Assembly (NCBI GenBank): GCA_038046645.1
Contig: JBBSVU010000021.1
Location: 1-17,673 of the forward strand
Source of the DNA: an archaeon
GTDB taxonomy: Archaea; Iainarchaeota; Iainarchaeia; Iainarchaeales; 0-14-0-20-34-12
DNA length: 17,673 nucleotides
Reading direction: 5' to 3'
Shown here: positions 1-7,875 of the stretch, piece after piece
Numbering within the stretch: the stretch's first letter is position 1
Layout of the letters: each line of letters begins with the position of its first letter
Translations under genes and position numbers: made by a program
The notes under the pieces: model-generated
What the model saw: only the letters and a program-made list of their open reading frames with translations
The model's database searches: none
Told to the model about the DNA's origin: nothing

Positions 1-459
1 GAGATTGCTAGAAGAAGAGCACTTGCAAAGACTCCTGAGGAGAGGAGTGAGATTGGAAGGAAAGGATGGGAAAAGAGGTTTTCAAAGGTTTCTTATGTTA
101 ATGATTTGCCTAAAAGAAATTTGTTACGCAAAGCTGAAGTGAAACAGCATTTGGATAATTATATGAAGTATTTTTGGGGCAATGATGCGGTTAATAAAGA
201 GGCTAAGTTAAGGGCTTATTCTTTGAAGTCTTTTAGAACAAGGGCTGATTTTGAGGATATCAGGATGCAGTTTCAGCTCGGGGTACTGCATGCATTGAAT
301 AGGTGGGATGGAACTGTTGATTTGGATAGGCTTGTTGCTGATTCAGTGATATTTCATTTGATAGATTATTTCGGCAGTGAGAGGAAGTATCACGGGCTGT
401 TGGTGAATATGGATATTGAGACTGCTGAGAGGGTAAGGGAAAGGAAGAAAAGGCTTTAA
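1..459 (+). CDS. 5'-truncated hypothetical protein with an N-terminal TPEERSEI(A/G)R(R/K) repeat-like motif and a C-terminal segment resembling a degenerate sigma-70 region 2
   Basis: Frame 1 is open from base 1 (EIARRRALAKTPEERSEIGRKGWEKRFSKVSYVND...) straight into the listed ORF 106..459, with the stop at 457-459. The TTG at 106 is therefore probably internal and the true start lies outside the window. Confidence 0.7.
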   Translation, partial: EIARRRALAKTPEERSEIGRKGWEKRFSKVSYVNDLPKRNLLRKAEVKQHLDNYMKYFWGNDAVNKEAKLRAYSLKSFRTRADFEDIRMQFQLGVLHALNRWDGTVDLDRLVADSVIFHLIDYFGSERKYHGLLVNMDIETAERVRERKKRL

Positions 460-517
460 GCAGTTTAAGGTTTGCTATAACTTTAATAGTTTCCACAAAG
501 CATGAATTTTATTTTTA

Positions 518-1249
518 TTATTCTAGATATACCTTGAACAGAATAAGCAGTATTAGCCCAAATAAGAAACTTAAAAATACTGCAGTTGATTTTTTTAATG
601 ACACTTCCTTGTGCAACTCAGGAATTAAATCCGAAGCTGCAATGTAAATAAAGCCGCCGGCAGCAAATGGCAATAATATATTTGAAAATTCTATTGCAAA
701 GAAGAATCCGACTAAGCCTCCAAGAATGCAGGTCATCTGTGATAACAGGCTAAACAATAATGCCTTTGTTTTTGTAAAGCCGCCATATACCAATGTCGCA
801 AAATTCCCTAATTCTTGTGGTATCTCATGTGAAATAATTGCTATTGTGGTTATGATTCCAGTTGGAACCCCTGCAATAAATCCGGCAGCTATAACCAAAC
901 CATCAATAAAGTTATGAATTCCATCCCCAATTAATATCAAATAGGTAAATTCATGCGTTTCACATTTGCCATTATGGCAATGATGCCAGTGCAAAAACCT
1001 TTCAATAAAGAAAAATAGGCAAAATCCAATTAACAAATAAACAAAAACTTCAAATGCCGGCATTTCTTCAAGGGATTCAAGCAACAGATGGAAGAATGCC
1101 GCGCCAATTAAAGCGCCGGCAGAGAAAGCAACAAGGAATAATAATATTTTCTGGAATTTTTTGTCATTCATCCATAAGGTGAATATCCCAACAAGCGCTA
1201 GCAAGCTGTCAATTATTGTTGCAAGTAATATATACAGCAGGGTATCCAT
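518..1249 (-). CDS. ZIP family (ZupT-like) divalent metal/zinc transporter
   Basis: 243 aa, multi-pass hydrophobic. Has a His-rich loop HWHHCH, TM4 motif GDGIHNFIDG, TM5 motif HEIPQELG and the C-terminal AAGGFIYIAASDLIPEL typical of ZIP transporters. Confidence 0.95.
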   Translation of the reverse strand: MDTLLYILLATIIDSLLALVGIFTLWMNDKKFQKILLFLVAFSAGALIGAAFFHLLLESLEEMPAFEVFVYLLIGFCLFFFIERFLHWHHCHNGKCETHEFTYLILIGDGIHNFIDGLVIAAGFIAGVPTGIITTIAIISHEIPQELGNFATLVYGGFTKTKALLFSLLSQMTCILGGLVGFFFAIEFSNILLPFAAGGFIYIAASDLIPELHKEVSLKKSTAVFLSFLFGLILLILFKVYLE

Positions 1250-1276
1250 AAAAATCCAAAAAATTATTTATTATAA

Positions 1277-3691
1277 TTACATCTTCATTGTGGATGTCAT
1301 TAAATGGTAATATGGAGGGTGTGTTTTATACCTTTTTATTGCATTTTTAATTATCAGTTCCAAGAAATCCTTGTATTTGAATCCGACAGTTTCTGCACAA
1401 GCCGGGACACAATCACCAATATTAATTGAAGGATTCGGATTTAATTCGAGAACATAAGGATTGTTGTCCTTGTCAGTCCTTATCTCTACCCTGCCATAAT
1501 CATGGCAATCAAGTATATTGTAAGTATCTATGGCCATTTCAGTTATTAGGGCAGTCAATCTTTTAGGAATGTTTGCAGGCCTTTCAGTTCTGATTTTATT
1601 ATATACTGATTTTTTTAATCCCCATTTCGCATCATATGGATAAATATGCCAATAACCCTCAGGCATATCCTCAAACATTGACCTTGATAAAGGCAATACC
1701 TTCAAATCATCTTCATTTCCGACGATGGTAATGTCATACTCATCCCCTTCAATATATTCTTCAATCAGTGCAGGCCTTCCAATCTCGCAAATTACCTTTT
1801 CAAGCTGCCCGTATAATTCTTTTTTATCCTGGACAACAGAATCATTCGTAATCCCTATTGAATTATCAGTGTTTGCAGGCTTTACAATTAAAGGATATTC
1901 CAAATCCTGGTCGATTGAATCTTCCATGGTAAAAACATAATCCCATTTTGGTGTCGGTATTTTATTTAAGGAAAGCAATTCCTTTACCCTTATCTTGTCA
2001 ATGCACAAGGAAAGCGTGTGCGGATTAGAGCCAGTGTATGGAATCTGCAGCATGTCCAAAAGAGCGGCTGAATGCGGCTCAAGCAAGCTTGAATTATTTA
2101 TCCGTTCACATACATTGAACATTACATCCACTTTTGCAGTAACTATATCATCTACTATATCTGGGAATTTGTTCATATCAAAGAACGTTACTTTATACCC
2201 AGTTTTTTCCAAAGTTTTCTGGATATTTTTCCCAACACTTGTCAAATCTTTTTCAACAGGATTATCGCTGTCCCCTTCATAATCATTGCATAACACCCCG
2301 ATGTGCAATTTCAAAAGGTCTTCAGCCCTAAACAGCCTAATCTTCTCAATCTTTTGCTGCCCTAAAATATTATTTCTTAAAACATGCGCAGATGAAAATT
2401 TATCCTTCCTCCTGCTTTGCCCAATGCTTGAATAAGGGGCAAATTCAATTACAAGGTAATCAAATTTCATCAAAGCTTCCATCAAAATAGTTTCAGATTC
2501 TTCTTCTGTCTTTCCCTTTGTAACTACCCAGCCTAATGTTTCAAATCCTTCTGGCGGAACCAAGATAGCTTCACCAACATTTTGGAATATCTTTAGTTCA
2601 TAAACGCCTGGCATTTCAGTGATCTCTTTTATTCCTTGGATCCCTGAAACAATCCCAGAACTTTGGGGTATGATATATTTCCCGGCCATGTAACACCTTG
2701 GCTTTGTAGCTTTCTTTGCAGTAATCTTTTTCCCCAATGCAATTAGCACTGATTGCTCAACCAAATCAACGTTCCAAACATTCCTTACCCAATCCCAAAG
2801 ATAATCCCCGCCCATTCTTGCAGCGATTTCAATTACCACAGGCTTATTATCCACAAGCTTTACTTCAGTATGTGTAATGCCATTCCTTAGCCCTATCGCC
2901 CTTATTGCTTTGCATACCTCTTTCTCAACCCTTTCCCTTGTCTTAGTATCTAAGCGAGTAGGCATTACATCACCAGTTTCCATAAAATAAGGCGCTTTCA
3001 TTCTCATTTTGTCTGAAATGGCAATTACCCTTGGAATGCCTTGCTGCACAAGCGTTTCAATGGCATATTCTGACCCGCTTAAATATTCCTCAAGAATAAA
3101 TTGTGAATTATTGTAATTGAAAATAGGGTTAAATTTCGGGGTGGCATTCCTTACAACATATTCATAAGTATTGACTGCGTCTTCTTTTTCTTCAATCTTA
3201 ATTACGAATTCGCTGTCTGCACCCCAGCAAGGCTTTATCACTGCCGGAAATTTAATCTTATCCATCACCCTTTCCAAATCCTGCCTGCTTGAGATAAGGA
3301 AAAATTTAGGTGTGTTCATATTTTTCTTTTTGAAAGCAGCCCTCATCTCAAATTTATTCCTTGCTTTCAGCGCAGTATCTATGCTTGGGCCGACAAAATC
3401 AAATTTCTCGCAGATTTTTGCAAGAAGAGGCACATCATCCTCCCAAAAAGTTATTGCGCCGTCAATTGAATGCCTTTTCATGAACCCATCAAGCTTATCC
3501 AGGCATTCCTGGTGGTTGTATGTGTTTGCTTTTATGAAATAGTCAGCATATTTTTTCTGCCAGCTTAAGCTAGAATTTAATAATACTATCTTTAAGCCGA
3601 GCTTTTTTGCGGCCTTTAATGTAAATTCCTTTTTTTCTGAACCGGAACCTACAAATAAAATTGTGTACCCTTCCAATTTGTTATCAGTCAT
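1277..3691 (-). CDS. Tandem double ATP-grasp amide ligase: N-terminal carnosine-synthase/L-amino-acid-ligase-like module plus C-terminal D-Ala-D-Ala-ligase-like module
   Basis: 804 aa, one uninterrupted frame. Module 1 (aa ~1-415): NKFEMR, FPAVIKP, ILEEYLSGSE, HTEVKL, EIAARMGG and a LAL-type C-terminal subdomain. Module 2 (aa ~462-790): FNVCE, IPYTGS, DKIRVK, YPLIVKP..SIGI, LIEEYIEG, YDAKW, YGRVE, LELNPNP. Confidence 0.9.
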   Translation of the reverse strand: MTDNKLEGYTILFVGSGSEKKEFTLKAAKKLGLKIVLLNSSLSWQKKYADYFIKANTYNHQECLDKLDGFMKRHSIDGAITFWEDDVPLLAKICEKFDFVGPSIDTALKARNKFEMRAAFKKKNMNTPKFFLISSRQDLERVMDKIKFPAVIKPCWGADSEFVIKIEEKEDAVNTYEYVVRNATPKFNPIFNYNNSQFILEEYLSGSEYAIETLVQQGIPRVIAISDKMRMKAPYFMETGDVMPTRLDTKTRERVEKEVCKAIRAIGLRNGITHTEVKLVDNKPVVIEIAARMGGDYLWDWVRNVWNVDLVEQSVLIALGKKITAKKATKPRCYMAGKYIIPQSSGIVSGIQGIKEITEMPGVYELKIFQNVGEAILVPPEGFETLGWVVTKGKTEEESETILMEALMKFDYLVIEFAPYSSIGQSRRKDKFSSAHVLRNNILGQQKIEKIRLFRAEDLLKLHIGVLCNDYEGDSDNPVEKDLTSVGKNIQKTLEKTGYKVTFFDMNKFPDIVDDIVTAKVDVMFNVCERINNSSLLEPHSAALLDMLQIPYTGSNPHTLSLCIDKIRVKELLSLNKIPTPKWDYVFTMEDSIDQDLEYPLIVKPANTDNSIGITNDSVVQDKKELYGQLEKVICEIGRPALIEEYIEGDEYDITIVGNEDDLKVLPLSRSMFEDMPEGYWHIYPYDAKWGLKKSVYNKIRTERPANIPKRLTALITEMAIDTYNILDCHDYGRVEIRTDKDNNPYVLELNPNPSINIGDCVPACAETVGFKYKDFLELIIKNAIKRYKTHPPYYHLMTSTMKM

Positions 3692-4035
3692 AATTTTTCT
3701 TTTTTCAAAATGAGTGCCGGAGTTTTGAAATTATTTTGTTTTGCTTAAATTATTCCAGATTATTTATCCAAAATTATTTTTTTAGTTTATTTTTATTTTA
3801 TATTTTTTTAATTATACTATTATTTAATGCAATAAACTATTTAAATGTTGATATAAAAAATGCAAAATCCAGGAAAATTTCGGCAAAAAAATAATTTTTT
3901 CCTTGAAAATTTAATTTTTGCACCAGAAAAAAATCTTTTATTCCTTTTTTGCCAATTGTTTTTGATAATATCCAAAATTTTACTGCATTTTGCCAAAAGC
4001 CAATATTTATAAAACAAATATCGCTTATCCTTACT

Positions 4036-4425
4036 ATGCCTGCAATTGATGCATATTTGTTTAACAAGAAAGGGGAGAAGAAAATCCTTCGTGTAATCCT
4101 TGATGAGGATGACGCAATCCTTACCTGCATAAAAAGGGCAATGAAGGAAAACAATGTTGAGGACTGCAAGGTTGAAAATGCAGAAGGATTTGTCAAGGAA
4201 GCAACAGTAAATTACATGGAAGGCTCTACTTACAAGTCAAAGGTTTTCAAGGATACTAAGGTATTTATGGCTTCAGGGCATTTTAAATTAAATTTTGATG
4301 AACTATTCGGTGTTTTGCACATGAGTTTAGGGGATAAAAGGCCAGTAACAACAACCTTTGTAAAAGGCACAGCAAAGCAAGGCCTTGAAATTAAACTTTC
4401 CTATGTTTTTATCCCAACAAATTAA
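4036..4425 (+). CDS. PPC/DUF296-like domain protein (divergent)
   Basis: 129 aa from ATG 4036; the listed TTG at 3949 lies in AT-rich intergenic-like DNA. LRVILDEDDAILTCIKRAMKENNV, EGFVKEATVNY and LHMSLGD follow the PPC/DUF296 pattern. Confidence 0.65.
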   Translation: MPAIDAYLFNKKGEKKILRVILDEDDAILTCIKRAMKENNVEDCKVENAEGFVKEATVNYMEGSTYKSKVFKDTKVFMASGHFKLNFDELFGVLHMSLGDKRPVTTTFVKGTAKQGLEIKLSYVFIPTN

Positions 4426-4490
4426 AAAATAACTAATTAGTTTCTAATTTTTTAAACATTCAAATTTATTTTATTTACCTAATTTGGATT

Positions 4491-6449
4491 CTATCCAGCT
4501 CCGCCACCGCCTCCTCCTCCACCCCCTCCGCCACCGCCTCCAAATCCACCAGACCCTGATGTTGCGGTTGCGGATGAGAATGCAGAGCTGAATGATTGGG
4601 TAATGCTTCCAATATTCATACTTGACATGCTTGCGTATGTGCCAATAAATATTGAGGAGTGATATGGTCCAGAATAATCCTTGAAAACAATATCCATTGA
4701 TTTCTGCACTTCTTCAGCTATCCCTAAAGGTATGGAATACACCAAATATTTTTCCCATAATGGCAGATATTCAGGAGAAACATTCTTCAGGTTGCTGAAA
4801 TCCTTGAGGAATTTCTTCAGGTTCATCCATTTAGCATAATGTATTGCTCCCTCCTTTGTCCTATTAGGCAAAGCATTTGGGAAAATGAATAAAGGCAGGA
4901 TTGCCAATGATACTGAAAGCAAGATCATTGCGAAGCCTATTATGGCTGCGGTTATTACCAAAATTGCTGAACCTATCAAGTAGGGTAAATAGCCAGACAT
5001 CTTTGAGAAGAATCCCCTTTTTTCTGCATCCAAACTGGCAGTTTTCATCCAATCTTTCAAGAATGCTTGGGATTCAATCCTATGGTGCATTAAATATTCC
5101 TCTAACTCACTCAATAACAGTTCATTCGGTGTTTCATCCTTTTTCTTTTGCTTGAATATTTTCCCTTCATAGCCATATTCTGCAGCTTGGCATATAAATG
5201 CAAGCAATTTTTTCTCACTTTCCGGTAGTTTGCTTTTATCTTTGCTTTTAATCAGTATTTTGAAATCATCTTTTGAAAGAAATCCTTTTTTTGGGATTCT
5301 CTCCAGCTTGAGGTTTCCTTTCAGGCACATATTAAGTATTTCAGCAACAATCGTATCGCTTTTTGGGTTTTTATTTTCCTGATTTATCAATGCGCTTACA
5401 GTAGCAGGGCTGTAATCATAAGGAATTTCCCTTTCATATATCGCATCATATTCAATTTTAGGCTCCCTTCCGAACAAATGCCAACAGATAGCAAATAAGG
5501 CAATCTGAAGTAGGCTTAGTATTGTCACAATTAAAGGATTAATTTCCATTACCGCAACAATAATGACCATTAAAAGGAAAAAGCCCAAGCATATGGAAAC
5601 CCATATCTTTACTGCTTTTTGCAAAAGCTTCGGTTTTTTAGTGCTAACAAATAGAATGCTTAGTATAATCAGAAGCCAAATCGAAGGAAGCAGCAGGAAT
5701 ACTGCGAATAAACCCAATAAACCTTGCAAACTGTTAACAAATTCATCAGCCTTTGCAAAATTCTTCTCTTCTTCGATTATTTTCTGCAACCCATTTTCAT
5801 TCTTCACAATTGCATTTTCTTTTGATGAAAGCATTGTTGCGGGGAAAGCAGTTCTTATTTCAACCCATTGTTCTTTTGGAATGTTAAATGCCTGAAATAA
5901 AATCTTTTTGCCCTCAATCATCCCAATTTTTCCATTTAATTTGGGATGGCCCCACACATAGATATCCTTCGGATTTTCTATATCTGAAGGCAATTCAATA
6001 AAGCCAGTGAGTTCAGATAATTTCGCAGCCCAGCTGTCTCCCCATACTTTCCAGTTTAATTCAGCTACATCATTGTAAGCAGTAATTGCATTTTTTAGTT
6101 TGTAAGTTATTTCAAATGTTCTTTCCTCATCCTCTGCCGAATAATACCAGGTTATTTTTGTTTTGTCAAACAAATCTTCTATTTTTGCCTGAAGTGGATT
6201 TCCATTCTCTTCAACCTTTAAATCACTTAAATCCCAATACCCCTTTGGTATCTCCCTATATGCATAGCTATAACTTCCATGGAAATCAAAGTTTATCTTT
6301 TCTGTCACATAAACTGTTGCATCTTCCTGAATTTGCATTTCCACTTCAGCTTTGCTTAAAGTATAATATTTTTTTGCAGAAACATTTGGCAGAAAAACAA
6401 GCAGCAGGATAAAAACCAGCGCCAACAAGCCCAAAAATCTTTTTTGCAT
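4491..6449 (-). CDS. DUF2207 family membrane protein
   Basis: 652 aa from ATG 6449. Signal-peptide-like N-terminus, extracellular beta domain (VTEKINFDF, ELNWKVWG, WVEIR), TM segments, LKKFLKDFS..WEKYLVYSIPLG and the Gly-rich tail GGFGGGGGGGGGGGGGGAG. Confidence 0.9.
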   Translation of the reverse strand: MQKRFLGLLALVFILLLVFLPNVSAKKYYTLSKAEVEMQIQEDATVYVTEKINFDFHGSYSYAYREIPKGYWDLSDLKVEENGNPLQAKIEDLFDKTKITWYYSAEDEERTFEITYKLKNAITAYNDVAELNWKVWGDSWAAKLSELTGFIELPSDIENPKDIYVWGHPKLNGKIGMIEGKKILFQAFNIPKEQWVEIRTAFPATMLSSKENAIVKNENGLQKIIEEEKNFAKADEFVNSLQGLLGLFAVFLLLPSIWLLIILSILFVSTKKPKLLQKAVKIWVSICLGFFLLMVIIVAVMEINPLIVTILSLLQIALFAICWHLFGREPKIEYDAIYEREIPYDYSPATVSALINQENKNPKSDTIVAEILNMCLKGNLKLERIPKKGFLSKDDFKILIKSKDKSKLPESEKKLLAFICQAAEYGYEGKIFKQKKKDETPNELLLSELEEYLMHHRIESQAFLKDWMKTASLDAEKRGFFSKMSGYLPYLIGSAILVITAAIIGFAMILLSVSLAILPLFIFPNALPNRTKEGAIHYAKWMNLKKFLKDFSNLKNVSPEYLPLWEKYLVYSIPLGIAEEVQKSMDIVFKDYSGPYHSSIFIGTYASMSSMNIGSITQSFSSAFSSATATSGSGGFGGGGGGGGGGGGGGAG

Positions 6450-6514
6450 ACTTTTTTTATGTTTAAACCTATTTATATTATTTGTTTTTGGCAATTCTTC
6501 ATTTTTGGAAAAAA

Positions 6515-6559
6515 CAAAAATAAAAACAATTTTTGGCAAAGGCAAAAATAAAAACAATT
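6515..6559. repeat. 17-bp exact direct repeat CAAAAATAAAAACAATT in a divergent intergenic region
   Basis: Copies at 6515-6531 and 6543-6559, between the divergent DUF2207 and antiporter starts. Low complexity. Confidence 0.5.
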
Positions 6560-6591
6560 GATTTTTATTCTAGTTACCCGTAAATTATAAT

Positions 6592-7536
6592 ATGGTCCTG
6601 TTAGATATTGTAATTTTTATCTTGGCAATGGCAGTCCTTTTATTCAGCTCAAAGAAGGTAATTGATGCCTGCATAAAAATATCTGAATATTCAGGCATTT
6701 CCCATTTAGCCATTGGCTTTATTGTTATTGCAATAGCTGTTTCCCTGCCTGATTTTATGGTTTCCTTTATTGCTACCCTAAATAATAAGCCTGCTTTAGC
6801 AATCGGTGATGCTTTAGGCTCAAGCATTGCCAACATTTGCCTAGTTTTAGGGATAGTGACAATGATAAGGCATGTTTCGGTTGAAAGAAAACACACTTTG
6901 GAAAGTGCAGAATTGCTTTTGTTAATCAGTTTAGTGCCTGCGATTATCCTTTCAAGAGGGATTGTTGGGGCATTTGAAGGAACAATCCTTTTGATAATCT
7001 TTGTACTTTATGCCTTTTTCACAATTAAGGAAAGATTTGATTTGCATATTAAAGATGGAGTAACAAAAAAAGAATGGCATCATTCAGCAGGGATTCTTTT
7101 TGCCGGCTTATTGCTTGTAATCGCAAGCTCACATTTTGTTGTTTTAACTGCTTCAAATATTGCCCGTTTTTTAGGAATTCCAGAAGCAGTAATAGGCTTA
7201 ACCTTAGTTTCCTTCGGCACTACCTTGCCTGAATTAGTTATAGATTTCACAGCTATACGCTTCGGCCATTATGCTTTAGCTATTGGGGATATTTTAGGAA
7301 GCACAGTTGTAAACCTTACTTTAATTTTAGGAATGACTCTTACACTTTCGCCCACCATGGTTGACCTAAGTGTTTATACTATTCCTTTAGCCTTTGTAAT
7401 AATTGCAAATTCCTATTTGTTTTACAGTCTGGTAAAGCATGAAGGCATCGGTTACAGGCAAGGAGTGATATTCATTTTGATGTATGTTTCCTTTATCTTT
7501 GCAATGATACTCACAAAAGGGCTTTATGCTGCTTAA
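6592..7536 (+). CDS. Calcium/sodium antiporter (CaCA superfamily, YrbG-like)
   Basis: 314 aa, about 10 TMs. Alpha-repeats AVSLPD...AIGDALGSSIANI and GTTLPE...AIGDILGSTVVN. Confidence 0.93.
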   Translation: MVLLDIVIFILAMAVLLFSSKKVIDACIKISEYSGISHLAIGFIVIAIAVSLPDFMVSFIATLNNKPALAIGDALGSSIANICLVLGIVTMIRHVSVERKHTLESAELLLLISLVPAIILSRGIVGAFEGTILLIIFVLYAFFTIKERFDLHIKDGVTKKEWHHSAGILFAGLLLVIASSHFVVLTASNIARFLGIPEAVIGLTLVSFGTTLPELVIDFTAIRFGHYALAIGDILGSTVVNLTLILGMTLTLSPTMVDLSVYTIPLAFVIIANSYLFYSLVKHEGIGYRQGVIFILMYVSFIFAMILTKGLYAA

Positions 7537-7583
7537 CCTTGAATCGAATTGTTTATTAAGAATTCAATAGATTATTATTGTGC

Positions 7584-7655
7584 CAGTACATTGAAATTCA
7601 TCGATGAATTATTTCAGGTTTTGAAATTGATTTATTAATTTAATTCAATGCACTG
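7584..7655. promoter_or_regulatory. Putative promoter of the C/D box sRNA within nested inverted repeats
   Basis: TATA-like TTTATTAA at 7631-7638, starting 27 nt upstream of the sRNA 5' stem. Perfect 16-bp palindrome AATTCATCGATGAATT at 7595-7610. 11/12 inverted repeat CAGTACATTGAA (7584-7595) / TTCAATGCACTG (7644-7655). Confidence 0.5.
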
Positions 7656-7657
7656 TA

Positions 7658-7718
7658 GCCCGATGATGATTTAACTCAACACTGATAAAATATGAGGAGG
7701 TTAACACCTGCTGAGGGC
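7658..7718 (+). ncRNA. Archaeal C/D box 2'-O-methylation guide sRNA
   Basis: Stem GCCC 7658-7661; C box ATGATGA 7663-7669; 12-nt guide TTTAACTCAACA; D' box CTGA 7682-7685; C' box ATGAGGA 7692-7698; 12-nt guide GGTTAACACCTG; D box CTGA 7711-7714; stem GGGC 7715-7718. Box order and 12-nt spacing are canonical, and the element is intergenic. Confidence 0.88.
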
Positions 7719-7721
7719 AAA

Positions 7722-7796
7722 CGTTACATAAATGTTACAAAAATATGCCTTTTCGTTACACAAACGTAACGCTTATAAAGTTTCCTCTAAGGCATA
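7722..7796. promoter_or_regulatory. Paired operator-like sites CGTTAC-N6-GT(A/T)AC next to a TATA-like box
   Basis: CGTTACATAAATGTTACA (7722-7739) and the palindrome CGTTACACAAACGTAACG (7754-7771) are 14/18 identical. CTTATAAAG follows at 7772-7780. 8-bp IR TATGCCTT (7744-7751) / AAGGCATA (7789-7796). Confidence 0.5.
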
Positions 7797-7875
7797 ATGG
7801 TTTTACCCCTTATTTATTTACTTTTTAAAATTAAGGGGCAAGTTTAATAATCAGCCCTTCGAGGCAATAATTCTA

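Noticed and set aside
1277..2308. Calling the C-terminal ligase module ddl (peptidoglycan synthesis)
   Set aside because: Canonical Ddl substrate motifs are replaced, the domain is fused, the context is archaeal and no mur genes are present.
3692..4035. Long AT-rich intergenic region with short TTTTGC(C)A-type recurrences as an ncRNA or replication origin
   Set aside because: Low complexity, with no stable stem, ORB-like motif or adjacent cdc6. Best read as a divergent promoter region.
4494..4555. GC-rich (CCN)n tract as a DNA repeat element
   Set aside because: It is the coding sequence of the poly-Gly tail of the DUF2207 protein.
7670..7710. Specific targets for the sRNA guides (16S segment UGUUGGGUUAAG; tRNA-Asn anticodon loop UGUUAACC)
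   Set aside because: The first fits the bacterial-type 16S sequence only with G-U pairs, and archaeal 16S usually differs there. The second has a mismatch next to the methylation site. The organism's own RNA sequences are needed.
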